Assembly: GCA_016748015.1 (NCBI GenBank)
Contig: JAAOMT010000664.1
Span: forward strand, 628,715-692,714
Origin: Geosiphon pyriformis uo1
Lineage: Eukaryota > Fungi > Glomeromycota
Length of the DNA stretch: 64,000 bases
Reading direction: 5' to 3'
How positions within the stretch are numbered: position 1 is the first letter of the stretch; the number at the start of each line of letters is the position of its first letter. The notes beneath the pieces are model-generated. The model made no database searches. It saw only the letters and a program-made list of their open reading frames with translations, and was not told the origin of the DNA. The position numbers and the translations under genes were made by a program. Of this stretch, positions 36,760 to 50,491 are shown piece by piece.

Positions 36760-37400
36760 TATTACAGGTTGGAGTAACAAGCTAACAGATAGCAAGAGAA
36801 AACAGGATTGTAGGGTGATGGAAATAATCAAAGGGGAATTCAACTTTAAAGAGTAAATTGAATAAGTATGGATTCAATGTGCGAGATCAGTCTCATAAAA
36901 TATCTTAGTTGCTATTCTTTTCAAAAGTAACTGGGGAATCTGAAGGTAAAGGAATAGTCCATACTGTCAACAATTGATTACCACTGGTATAATTCTATGC
37001 TTTATGTTGGCACTCTTAGAATTCAATATCAGGTATCAACTTGTGCTTTTCAGTCATGTTTATTCAAATAATTTTCAAAAGCTACAATTATATACGTCAG
37101 GAAAAGGCCAACAAGTAATCTTTTATCTTTAAGATGTTTAGATACTTGAAGATAAAGAAAGAAAAATTAGTGATAAGAGAAGGATTGAGATGAAAGTTGT
37201 TATTTTATTTATTCTTGATTATTCAGATGCTTGTTATTACATGTTTTTCTACAGCTAAAAGATTTATTACTTATATAGCTATCAAAAGTAGTCAATGATC
37301 AGGTCAATGATCATTTTCTAAAAATAGTGTGACTAATCATATGACATCAGTGGCTAATATATGTGATAATTAATAAAAAGTATAGATCTCAACCATAACA
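36760..37400 (-). repeat. B2 3' LTR
   Basis: T(G>A)TTAC...ATAACA; direct repeat of 44274-44908. Confidence 0.94.
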
Positions 37401-39802
37401 TCATCTTCTCCAAAGAGATTGAACTCTGGTAAAATCAAGCTATTTATAGTATAATCTATTTGAAAAGTTTTATCTAACTCAAAGCTAACTAATTTATTGA
37501 AGTCTTTTGTAGATAGGGTGTATAATACTTAAGACAAAATGAGTTTTGTATCCAAGAGACCAAATCTTTGTATTAGAGTTTTGGCTCTTTTAGCAATAGT
37601 TAAAACTCTTGGAACATCTAATTGTATAATGCCCAAAATTTCTGCTTGTATCTTTGAAGTTGTTTTCTTCATGAGCTTTATGTTATCTATGATTTCACCA
37701 AAACAATCATAGAGCTCTAGTTGTCTTCTATATGACAAGTTTTTGTCTATGGGTAAAATTTCTTTAATTGTTTTTCCAAGTGTGATAGAGAGTACAAGTA
37801 TTGCTGCTGTTATACTTTCTAGCAAATATTTATCTATTTTGCTACCAATTTTTTTTCTTTTGGTAGTTGTTTTCTTTGGTCTAATAACAGTATGTGTTCT
37901 ACTGCTAACAGTTATTGTGGTCTGTTTTCCAATAGTCAAAGTAGCATTTGGATAGTTTTTGATTCAATATTCATGAAGAGTATAGAAAGTGTTTTGAATG
38001 TTTTGATCCAGAAAATAATTGTTCATGTCAATTGAAGATACCTCTGTTTTGGGAGTGGTGCATTTATTTATATCTGATTTTTGCTAATCATTTGAGTTGG
38101 TATTACCACAACAGGTAACTAATTAGATTATTTGTAATATTTCTTAAGTTGTATGCCATGAACAGGACAATCATTAAAGATTGTTCCAAATTGATCTTGA
38201 AGAATATAAAAATCATTGTTTAGAACTTTGTTGACTATAAAGGGGTTCTTTCTATCGGTTAGAGAATTTATCACCATAGACATTGTCTTTGTTTGAACAG
38301 TATTCCAAAACCAAATCATTAATGCTTAAGGAAAGTGTTTTATAGGTTTTTTTTTTCTTAAGCTTTTTTTGGAACTGTTTTATCTTTTTAAAGGCAATTA
38401 TCAGTGCCTCTACCAATAAGTCAAGAATGGTACCAAGTCTTCTTTGCAAAATGTCTTTGTAATTCTCTATTAAGATTTCTTCAAAAGGTATTGTCTCAAT
38501 ATCAGTTTCTATTGATAGTGTTGCCATTTGTCCATAGAGCAGGTAAAAAAGTTTATAACTTGTTATGTTATAATTTACAGTTCTATAAGCAAACAAAGCT
38601 GAAGACAGTACTTTGTTTCATAAGTTTGTTTTTTCACTTGTTTTGGCTAAGGTTTCATACAGTGTTCTATTAAAATATTTTACTAGGCCATTTGTTTAGG
38701 GGTAATAAAGGGAGGAAAGTTTGTAATGTATTCCCATTTTTCTACAAAGTTCTTCAACCAGTATACTGAGAAAAGCTCTTTTTTTATCAGATAAAAGTTC
38801 TTTAGGGCAGCTATGATGACAAATAATATCTTTATAAATGAAATTAGCAATGGAAACTGCTATTTGATCTGGGGTGGCTCTTGCTTCTATCCACTTTGTA
38901 AGATAGTTAGTAGCTGTGATAATATATCTGTTGCCATTAGAAGTTACTGTTAATGGTCCAACAACATCTATACCAATTCTGTCAAAGGATTGGCCAACAG
39001 AGATTGGATGGATGTCTTCTTTGTGATTGGGTTTTCCTCTTCTTTGGCAGATATTACAGGTTTTGATGTACTCAGCAATGTCTTTTCCCAAGATAGGCCA
39101 ATAATAGCGAGCTAGAGTTTTTGGAATTGTTTTTGTTTTTCCAAAGTGTCTAGCTAATGGATCAATGTGCATGTTGTAGATCACAATTTCTCTTTTTTCA
39201 AATCTTATGACTCTCTGGAGACAGTTAGGATCTTTTCTATTTCTTTTATATAATTGGTTCTAACAGATCAAATAAAAATTTGATTGTTTATGCAAATGTT
39301 CTCTTTGCTGTCAAGTGTATTCTGGTGGGTATTGTCCTTTACCCAAAAATTCCATTAAGGCAGAGTAGTTGTCCAAGTCCATTATCGTGTTTGGTTGTAA
39401 GAGAATTACTAATAATTAGGTTGGTTTGGTTTGGGAAGTTGTATTATTACTTGGTAGTAAGTCTGGAAAGAGCGTCGGCATTTTAATGATTAGCTCCTTT
39501 ACAGTGTTGAATATCATAGTTGAATTCATCCAAGTAGAGTATCCAGTGGGCTATCCATTTATGTTCTAGTCTTTTCTTGTTGTGCAGTCAAACCAAAGCT
39601 TGGTAATCTGTTATCACCAAAAACTTTACTCCCAGAAAATACTTATTCCAGTAACTGGTAGTCCAGACTACTGCTAAGCATTCCTGCTTAGTAATTGAAT
39701 AGTTCTGTTCTGCTGATGTAAGGGTTCTACTGGCATATACTATTGTATGTTCCCTGCCATCTTCATTTTTTTGTGACAGAACAGCACCAAGTCCATAACC
39801 AG

Positions 39803-40338
39803 TGTTACGGGATGGTTTTCTTGTTATATTTAATTGCTGATATCCCGTTTTAATTGCAATCAGTCTTTCGTGAGTTCCTCAGTTCTATTTGTGTGATAAT
39901 GTCACTGTTACACTGAAGGCTTTCTTTTTACTGTTGTGATGTAAGTTATTCTTTAATTCTTGATTGTTGTATGTGTTTATGTACTCTTTCTCAGAGGCTG
40001 AACTGAAATCTACCCACTGTCTGGGGTCTTCTCTGAGGCTATCCTTGCAACAACAACANNNNNNNNNNNNNNNNNNNNCCCAATATTAAAACTACTGTAT
40101 ATATACATGTTTGTAGTTCTACAAGAAAATACTTTCTTTTTGATATTTCAACCTGGTGTTTGCTGCTATCACCAGTTGGTGTTGGCTGCTATTGTGAACT
40201 GGTACTTGTCACTATCGCGAGATGGTGTTTGCTACTATGTTAATCATTACCTTTCTAAGATTATTACTGTGCTATATTATGATTGAATAGTTTGTATTAT
40301 TTTTATGATTCTTTTTGCTAAATTCTTAAACCATAACA
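39803..40338. mobile_element. LTR-bounded insert (family D) in B2 RNase H, spanning an assembly gap
   Basis: TGTTACGG...CCATAACA termini and TSD CCAG. Confidence 0.85.
40059..40078. other. Assembly gap (20 N)
   Basis: N run. Confidence 1.
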
Positions 40339-43300
40339 CCAGATACATTAGTATGAAGAATAAAAGGTTGATCCAGATCAGGTTGCTTCAGAATTGGTTC
40401 AGTGATTAGTTTTTCTTTGAGGGTTTCAAATGCTTTCTGCTGATGTGTGCCTCAATGGTAGTTGACATTTTTCCTGAGTAGCTGATTGAGTGGAGAGGCA
40501 ATTTTGGAGAAATTCTTAACAAATTTGTGATAATAGGAGGCCAAACCAAGGAAAGAACATAACTCATAAACATTCATTGGTTGTCTTATGTTCTGAACTT
40601 TTTTTACTTTGGCTGGATCAGGAAAAATTCCATTTTTTGTAATAAGATGGCCAAGGAATTGGGTGGATTGTCTTCCAAAGAAAGATTTAATCGGGTTGAT
40701 CTTGAGACCTGCATTTCTAAGAAGATCAAAAATCTTTTGCAAATGTTTAAGGTGTTCATCTCAGGTTTTTGAATACACCATTATATTGTCCAGATAGACC
40801 AGAACAAAGTTTTCTTTTACTGATTCAAATACTTTATCCATTAAGCATTGAAAGGTGAGAGGGGCATTGGTGAAACCAAAAGACATAACTGTGAATTCAT
40901 AGGTGCCATACTTGGTGATAAAAGCAGTTTTCTTCTGGCTTTCTAGATCCATCTCTACTTGCCAGAATCCAGCAGTTAGATCAATAATTAAAAAGAAAGC
41001 AGTATTTTTGAATTGGTTCAGCATTGTATCAATCTTGGCAAGTAGGTACATGTCTCTTTCAGTGATGGCATTTAATTGGCAGTAGTCAACACAGAAGCAT
41101 AGGGTTCCACCTTTCTTGAATACTATTACAACTGGGAAAGCCCATTCACTCTTGGTTTCTTGTATGAATCCAAGTTCTTTTATCCAGTTTATTTCTTTCT
41201 TGATGAACTCATCATTTCGGTGATTGGATTGGTAAGGCTTCAAATGGATAGGATGAGTTTTTCTGGTGGTGATAGTGTGTTGTATCACATGGGTTTGTCC
41301 TGAGGTATTACCTTCTTTTAAGATAACTGGGCTGTTTCTTGCCAACAGATTTTCAATGTCTATCTTTCTTTTTTCTGGGAAGAGTTCTCTTTGTTTTACT
41401 ACTAATTATTGGATCTCAGGTGGTTCATTCTCAAAGAACTTCTGTATTTCTTTTAATTTATTTCTTGGTATTAGGCTAATTGATTTCCAATCTTTGTAAT
41501 AGATCAGGCATGATTTGCATTCATCACTTGAAGAATACAAAGGTTTATTGCACCAGTACTGAGCACAAGAGCCATGCCACTAATAACTGTATTTGGTTTT
41601 CTTGCCAGGCTTTTGGTCAAAAGTTCTTCTTAGAATATCATAGTAGGGCCAGCAAATCAGCTTGCTATTTACAATGATTCCCTTTCTATCAGCTTTAACA
41701 TTGTCTAGTGGCTTGCCATTGCTGGTAAAGGTGGTGTAAGCAAGTTCAGCAGTTTCTTTTTGTTCTTCTTATTCATTTTCTTCATCACTCTCTTCATCAT
41801 CTGATTTCTTTGATTGCTTATCTTCTTGATTTTGTTTGGTTGCTGGAGGAGTTGTCCAATGGCGACATTTAACCACAATAGATTTTTTACCACATCTTAT
41901 GGTTAGCTCACAAAGTTCATAGTTGAGTAAAACTTTTGCTTTCTTGAGCCACTCATTGCCAACAATGATGGTGTATTCTTTAGCTTCAGAAACTTCTATG
42001 TCAGTTTCAATACTGATGCCATTGATGTGAACAGGAATAGCTTTGGCAATACCCAGATCTTTTTTCTTGTTACCATATATGTTGGTCATTGGTCAGGTGG
42101 AAGACTCATCAATTTTTCTGCCAATTGCTTCAAGAAAGTGTTTGGCAATTACACTAACAGATGATTCACTGTCTAGAATCAAGTCAATGAAGTAACCAGC
42201 AACTTGTGCTTTGCAAATTAGAGGAGTGACATTGCTGTTGTCAGCAAGTTCAGCTTGGCGAGAGCGTTTATTGGTCTTTGGTGTTTTTTTCTTGAGGATT
42301 AGAGATTTGTGGAAATCTTTTCTGAACTGTGGATGGGTCATTAACTGGCCAAAGGTAATGTGTGCTGGGGTTTTCATGAAATCTTTGACAACAGAATAGG
42401 GTCCAGATTTTTGTACAATTTCTGGGGGTTCCAACTTTGGAGGGTTTTTAAAAACTTTGGCTTTTGGTGGCTTATTGTTATTAGCAGTGGAAGTTGAGAC
42501 TTTGTTGGGATCTAGAACGAAATCAACCTTGGTTTTTTTCTTTTTTCTGGTTGATTCAGAAGTGTTGATTGCTAATTCATCCATGTCATGGTTATCATTA
42601 GTTAAGTTAAAAGCAAAAAAGAGGTTTTCTTTTGGTTGGCTTGCACTCTCACTCTTTGGAGGTGTGCCTACTAGTTTAAAGACTGATAAACAGTGGCTTC
42701 AACCAGAGGATCCTCTCCAAAGAAATTGATATTAGCATGATTGGGTCTTTGATTGGGGACATTGTTGTTGCTAATTCTGTTGTTTTGATTGTCATTGTTT
42801 CTAGGAGCTAGAGAAGGCAGGGGAGAATTGTTACAATCTCTGAAGAAATGTTTAGTTAATCCACAATTGTAACACACAGATGGACTATAATTTTGTTGTC
42901 TTTGATATAGGGATTGCTGGGGTTGATTAAAACAGAGTTCAAATTTGGGTCTTTGGAATTGTTAATTCTCTCTGACAGCTTGGGCTAAGAGTTCCAGTAA
43001 TCAAGTAAGATTAGCTGTAAGTCTATTTATTAACTGTTTATTTGAGTCTTAAGTTTGGGCAGCAAAAGAGACAGCAGTCATTTGTGGAGCTGGAGCCATG
43101 ACAGAAGCAGGAGCAAAAACTGAAAGTGTGGATCCCAAATGCATCCTTTAGTTATTTTTAATTCTTTGTGTTAGTTCAATAGCTATGTCTATTGTTGAGT
43201 TGTTTTTTAAAGCCAAAAAAAGCCAAAGAACATACAATAGATCAGTTCTTAATCCTTTTATGAAAGAATGGATCTTTTGTTCTTCTGTCTAGTTTTTTCC

Positions 43301-44273
43301 AGAGTCTACACGTTTGATTAGCTTTCTAATAACTTTGGCATATTCAGTCACTACTTTTCCAGGGCCTTGGATTCTTCTTTTCAATTCCATGTGCCATTTG
43401 GATATTAATATTGGGGTTCTGAACTTGGCCTCAAATTGGATAGTGAAAGAAGTATTTTCTTCTCCAGCATTGGTTGATGTCCATCTGATTATTCTGTGTT
43501 GAGCATTGACATCTGTTTCTTGTGAGAACCAGATAGCAGAAAAGCCTTGAAGGTAGCCACCAACGATTTGGAACTTGTATTTTTCATTATATTGGTTGGC
43601 TGTGACAGCTCCCTCAAAATCATCTAATCATTCAATTGGATCTTGTGCATCACCTCTAAATAGTGGTAGTGGGGTATTGTTTCTTTTTACTAAAGCAGTT
43701 TGTATATCTTAGAGGGTGGCCAGAATGTTTACTTGCATGGGGTCATTAGCCATTGGTTCAAGAGTAACTGTTTGTGTAGATGAGTCTGATTTGCTTAATA
43801 AAAAGTCAAAAACAGGGGCAGTTTGGTAACTTTTTTCTTCTGTTTCAAAAGGAGTTTCAGTTGTTTGATGGGCAGCAATCCAAATGTAGATTTGATAATT
43901 CAGATATTCGAAATTAGGGAGCTGTTGTTCAAAGGTTGCAAAATATAAGAGCTGATTGATACTGTTGTTTTTTTCTTCAAAATTGTCTTCAAAATAGGCT
44001 TGGTCAAAGTAATAGGTTGTATAAGCTGTGTAAGTTTCAGCTGAATGCTTATTTAGAAACCAGTTTCAAAAGTCTTGGAATTGTCTGCTAGATTGTTCTT
44101 CAATGGGAAAGCAAATCAAGCAGGAGGGCAAAGAATTGAGTTCAATAAAGTCTAAATTGTTTTTGTTGTGTGCTTTAAAGTGTTCTTTTGATTGTTGTGA
44201 CAGGTATGAATAATCACCCATACAATAGGAAACAAAGTGGATTTTGACAACCTCACAGAGAGCACCACTTTTA

Positions 44274-44908
44274 TGTTACGGGTTGGAGTAACAAACTAAT
44301 GGATAGCAAAGGAGAACAAGATTGTAGGGTGATGGAAATACTCAAAGAGGAATTCAACCTTAAAGAGTGAATTGAATGAGTATAGATTCAATGTGTGAGA
44401 TCAGTCATTATTCTTTTCAAAGGTAACTGGGGAATCTGAAGGTAGAGGAATAATCTGTACTGTCAACAATTAATCACCACTGGTATAATTCTATGCTTCA
44501 TGTTGACACTCTTAGAATTCAATATCAGGTATCAACTTGTGCTTTTCAGTTACGTTTATTTAAATAATTTTCAAATGCTATAATTATATACGTCAGAAAA
44601 AGGCCAACAAATAATTTTTTATTTTTAAGATGTTCAGATACTTGAAGGTAGGGAAAAAGAAATTAGTGATAAGAGAAGAATTGAGATGAAAGTTGTTATT
44701 TTATTTATTCTTGATTATTCAAATGCTTGTTATTATATGCTTTTCTATAGCTAAGAGATTCATCACTTATATAGCTATCAAAAGTGGTCAATGATCAGAT
44801 CAATAATCAGGTCAATGATTACTTTCTAAAAATAGTGTGACTAATCATATGACATCAGTGGCTAATACATGTGATAATTAATAAGAAGTATAGGTCTCAA
44901 CTGTAACA
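44274..44908 (-). repeat. B2 5' LTR
   Basis: TGTTACG...GTAACA, adjacent to the PBS. Confidence 0.94.
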
Positions 44909-45300
44909 ATAGTACAAAGTCTTTATAAAATATAAATACAAATCAGTTGTGAACTTGCTTATAAAACCAGCTGTTATGTGTAAGTCAGAATGCCAAACTA
45001 ATACAGTACAAATCAAATCTATATCACCAATTATGTTTTTGTTAATAATATTAAAACCAGATCCAATCTTCCAATGAGCACAATAAACAGTCTTGAAAAT
45101 TCTCCAAGCAAAATAATAAATGTTTCCAAATACTGCTATTTCACTAGCCCTAATAAATCTATTCTTAATTAGAACAAGAAGCACAAAATTTGAATTAGTA
45201 ACTGAGTCAGTCAGCTCATTAGTATACTTATTATCTAAAACATTTGAATGTTTCTTAACCTTGTGCCAAGAAATATTAAGTCTCTTATTTCTAATAATTA
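44909..45300 (-). mobile_element. LINE2 upstream part (5'-truncated ORF2 segment)
   Basis: ORF 44897..45184 (GNIYYFAWRIF..VWHSD..YFIKTL) is homologous to GNACHMTRRLY..MWHMD..YFVKAL in 53367..54233. Confidence 0.8.
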
Positions 45301-45731
45301 AATAGTTTTAAGTTATAAAAAAAAATATTAAATAAATTTTTTATAATTTTATTATTATTATTTAATTAAATAATTTAATAATACAGACTAAATAATTTTA
45401 TATTTTATTATTATTGTTAATATTATTGTTTATAAAGAGCAGTTGGGCTTTACTTATTAAATTGCATTAATAATAAAAAATAAAAAAATAAAAAATCTTT
45501 ATATATTATTACTTATATAAAAAATAAAAAATTAATTAATATTTATTATATAATATAAATAAATATTAGAATTAAAAAAAATAACATAATATTAAAATTT
45601 TCAAAAATACTAAAAAAAATGCCAAAAATACCAACAATAATTCAAAAAATATATAAGAATAACTAAGAATACCAGAATATTTTATATTACAAAAATTATA
45701 TATATATAATAATATTATTAAAAAAAATATA

Positions 45732-48017
45732 TTTTTTTTTATTAAATTTAACAAATAAGACTCAACTATTATCTAGAAATTAAAAACAAACTAAATGTTC
45801 TAATGTTAAATAAAGTTCATGTACTTTTTATATATAAACAGTTATTTAAACCAGTTCAGATTATACTAAATTAATACAATAGAAAAAAACTTATTCAAAG
45901 ACAACATCTTTTAAATAACATCAAATAAAATAATACTACAAAAGACCAATCCAATCAGCTATTTAGCTGTTTTCAAAGAATCATTTTTAATACTAATAGA
46001 CTTATGTGTTTAAAGAAATATTAAGTTAGAAAACACATTATTGTTTATACTAATTAAATACTCCAAATTACCAGAAATATCACCATTGTTTATACAGCAC
46101 TCTTTTTTTAAAAAAACCATTTTTTTTCTTAACTCACTAACAATCTTGCTAAAAAAACCCAGATAAACTATAAGCTTATTAATTTTTAAACTAAGAATAC
46201 TGTTTGAGATAAGATTACCCTTAATAAAATATTTAAATACAGTAATCAATATACTAACAAGCTTAATAATTGATTCAACCAAAGCTGACAGCTTAACCAA
46301 ATCAGATTTTAGAGACACCAGCTAAAAGAAAAACAGAAAATTACCAACAACCACAAAAAAAGAAGCAAAAGCTGTTAAAGGAGAAAATTTAGAAAAATTT
46401 GAATAAGCAAAAGTTTTAGCATAAGAAACATTACTCACAAAATGTGATTTGAACATTTTGAAAACCATAAAAGAAGATAAAAAAACTGTACAGTTTGCAG
46501 CCAGATAGCCCATCTCTTAATATCTAAAGCAGTGCTAACAATTAGGGGTTTTCTACCAAATATAATATCTTTTTAGCATACTAATCTTAACAACTACAGA
46601 ATTTAAATTAACTTAAGAGCCAAATGTAATCAAAACAAACTGAAAACAATGATCAAAATTAAATAAATGAGGAATAAAACAATTTTAACTACTAATTTAA
46701 GAAATTATATTACTGATTTCAAAAATAATACAGCCAAAAAAAAAATTAACCAACTTGGTTTTAACTTATTATAAAACAAAATAGTCTTTTTTTGATTTAT
46801 AAGAAAAAAAATTTGAATACTATCTTTGTTTACCAATACTAATCAGTAATTGAAAGCAGATATAATAGCATATAATTTATTAAAATAAACAATCATGTAT
46901 TATCAAACACCAGCAAGCTTTAGCACAACACAAAAAATTTTACTAAAAACATTAAGAACTAACTTAATATTAATAGCAGATACATCCAAAAACACATTAT
47001 GTAGTGTAACAACAACAACAAAAGAAGAATCAGATTTAGAAATTACCAAAAACTTGGCAATTTTAAAAGTAACCAAACAAACAAAACTTGTAAGCTCAAC
47101 CAGAAATGCAGTATTCAAAAAACTTTGAGAACCAAACTTTATACAGAAAAGCTTTATATTGTCTTTTGACATTAACTTTGCATCTAAAAAACCATATACA
47201 GATTAAAAAACAGCCTTAACATAAACCAATTTAATCTTGAAAATATTATCAAGTATTAGAATAAAGACTATTCATTCAACAAATCTTTAATAACTAGTAA
47301 TAGTTTCTCAAATACTACCAGTAACAATACCAGAAACCAAAAAAAATAATTCAGTATTTATTTAATCAGTCTAGTTTTCAAAAATAGGTAATTTAATAAG
47401 AGATAATTGCTTTGCTTTTAGAACTGGTAAAAATCTATTAAAAGACATCATATTTAACAATACAGTCAGTAGTTAATCTTAATTTATCTTAAATAATATA
47501 TTGGATAATACAGTAGATATTTCATCTAAGATCTCAGTTGGAACCACAAAGTGGTTTGATATAACAATAACAAAGACAAGCAACTGCTTCCACTTTTTTA
47601 AATCTTTGGTTTTTTTGACTATTTTGTTTAAAGAAATAGTATTAGTAACACTAAATATAAAAACTATAATGGAAAAAACCAGCTTGTTAATTGGTCTGTT
47701 ATTAAAAATTTTTGAGCTCTTAGAAAAGATAAAAGCAACACTAAGACTAATTTAAATATGTTTTTTTAAAGGAACTTTAACTAGTAAAAACCCAGCCAAA
47801 AATAAAAAAAATGCTTTAATGACCATTAAAAGCAGTTTTTTACTATTAATATTTAAGAAAAATGTAACCAAAATATTATGTTTAGTTGTTTTAATAACAA
47901 AGAAATTTTCTTGTATTAAAACTTTATTAATTACTATATAAAAGATAATATTTACAGCTTTTTTACTCTTTGCTCTGATTATAGTCATAAAATTAAAGAG
48001 ATAAAGAGTTTTTTTTT
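45732..48017 (-). mobile_element. ORF1-only non-LTR element E2 (diverged relative of E1)
   Basis: MTIIRAKSKKA start at 47988 matches E1 22077; KLFCIKFGSQ; CFRY*EMGYLAANC; SYAKT. Own 3' UTR and A tail (T-run 45732-45740). Confidence 0.75.
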
Positions 48018-48448
48018 ATAATACTTTAAAAAAATAAATAAATATATTTAGATATTTAAATATTTTATAATTTATAAAATCTTAAAAACATATAATTAAC
48101 TTAAATTTTAATTTTAATTACTTAAAAATTGATTTTATAATTAATAAACTTATTATTTAAATCAAAAAAATATTTATAAATTATAATATTATAAATAATT
48201 TGATAAAAAATACAAAATTAATATAGAATTAACTTATTAAAAATTGTATAACTTATTAAAAGAGTAAAAACCACCAAAATAAACCAGTTAACATATTAAA
48301 AAAATAAAATACCAAAAGTTAAAAATTATTAATATCTAAAGTTTATTTTTAAACTATTTAAAATTAGTTTAAAAAAAAACCAAGAGCTAACAAAAACAAG
48401 AAACTTCTTAGTTTTAATACACAAAAAGTTTTTATTTTTTTGTAAAAA

Positions 48449-48761
48449 AATAACAATAACAACAATAATAATAATAATAACAATAATAATAACAATAACA
48501 ACAATAATAATAATAACAATAACAATAACAATAACAACAATAATAATAATAACAATAACAATAATAATAAAAATAAAAATAAAAATAACAATAACAACAA
48601 TAATAATAATAACGATAACAATAAAAATAAAAATAAAAATAACAATAATAACAATAATAACAAAAACAATAACTATAACAACAATAATAATAACAACAAC
48701 AATAACAACAATAACAACAACAATAATAATAATAATAATAATAATAACAACAACAACAACA
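48449..48761. repeat. Compound (AAT/AAC)n microsatellite, ~310 bp
   Basis: Directly visible. Confidence 0.95.
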
Positions 48762-48812
48762 GAAAAAAACATGAAAAAAAAAGATATATTAAGTAATTCA
48801 ATTGTTAACTGA

Positions 48813-49163
48813 TTGAAAAAGTGTTCGAATGATAATCCTGAGAATCGTCCTACTGGGGAAGAAGTTGATAAGATGTTGGAGGAACTTCAGATAATGTATA
48901 ATGAGAAGTTTATAAATAAGATATTTGCACATAAGGAGTCTACAGATGAGGAGTCTAAAACTGTAAATCTTCAGTTTCTAGAATCAGATAAATACGTAAA
49001 AGAAATGGTAAAAAGTGGTGACTCAACGACAAAAAATCAATCAATGATAACAATGACAACAATGACAACAACAATAACAACAACTCGTATTTATCCAGAA
49101 GTTTATACAAGTCGTGTTTTAACTTTACAAATAATTGATTTTTCTAAAGGTTGGTTTATTTAA
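48813..49163 (+). pseudogene. C-terminal fragment or exon of a TKL protein kinase
   Basis: KKC...P.NRPT..E (subdomain XI), QF..SD and a YTSR tail typical of Glomeromycotina kinases. No upstream kinase exons seen. Confidence 0.65.
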
Positions 49164-49199
49164 TTTAGACATAATTAATTTATTGATTTAATTATTATA

Positions 49200-50460
49200 C
49201 AGTATATTAAAATTTTACATTAATTTATTTTACTATTCTATTTTAAAAGAATTTGTGTTTCTCCCTAAAGATAAGAAATTAAAATATAATTATGTATTTT
49301 ACATTATAATATCTTTAATGGTTATTTTACTATTTATTATATATTAGATGACTCTTTTATAGATCTAATCACGATTGAATATCTTTATTTTTACATTAGT
49401 AAGTACGTTAACTCTCTTTTCATAAGGGATATAGTTTAAATAGCTTTTATCGTTATTATATTTTAAATTTTATTAATAATAATGTTGTTAGATTCAATTT
49501 ATTATAAATGATATTCTCTCACATCTAAGAATAATTTATTTTCAGAAGGAACTATATTAAAAAAGTTTATTTTAAAAAGCCGATTTAAATTGAAAGTTGA
49601 ATCGTGGTAAAAATTTTTACCTTATTAAAAAATTTTACTATTAAATTTGAATTAACTTTAATAAATTGATTTTTATTTTATAATAAAAATTTCAAATTAA
49701 AATATTTTTTAAAGATATTAACAAAAAACTCTCGAGAACTATACTCTCTATATTAATTAATACAGGCTTTATTTTATAATAAATTAAATATTCACATATA
49801 TATATATATATATTTAATTTCTTATAAAATAACTAATTAATATTTAAATTAAAATATCGAAATCAGATTTATAAATAATCGAAAATAACTGATCATAGGA
49901 TAAACATTTTTTTACCAATATATTCGAAAACAAATATGAAAAAAAATTAGTAAGTTTAAAATTGAAAAAATATTAATTTTTAAAAATATAAGAGGAAATT
50001 ATATAAATAATACTTATAATGTAATAATTTAATTATTTGAAATTCTGACAATTTTTTAAAAAAAGTAATCAATTAAGCTAATCTTTTAAATTTTAATTTC
50101 TAAATTTTACATTTGATTAAATATATATATATAACTCAAATTTGCATATATATAAAAATATATGTGATTTTCAATATTATGAAAGAACTTTTTATTAGAA
50201 ATTTGAATTTAGATTTTTTATATGCAATATTTTAACATAATACATTTAATTCTATTAAAAAAAAAGTAAATGTATTAGTTTTTCTAATAATCATCAGGAT
50301 TTTCATTCAAATATATCGAATTTAATTTTTCTAATTGATTTTAATTTGAAAAAAGTGGGTTAAAGTATTTTTATAAATAATTTAAAATTTTACATGTTTT
50401 AAACATGTTGACTATATAATTTAATTAATAGTAACTATTAAATGAATTAATATATATATA

Positions 50461-50491
<31 letters not shown>

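Larger units (their letters stand above)
36760..44908 (-). mobile_element. Full-length Gypsy family B copy B2: gag 44221-42668, pol 42680-39447, IN 39382-38068, ORF3 38026-37370
   Basis: LTRs 36760-37400 and 44274-44908, TSD ATAG, PBS 44250-44267, PPT GGAGAAGATGA. Confidence 0.96.

Noticed and set aside
36020-48017. E2 plus LINE2 as a single internally deleted LINE
   Set aside because: E2 has its own 3' UTR and A tail and is separated from LINE2 by ~430 bp of unrelated AT-rich DNA.
48329-48772. Poly-Ile/Val and poly-Leu ORFs
   Set aside because: Translations of the AAT/AAC microsatellite.
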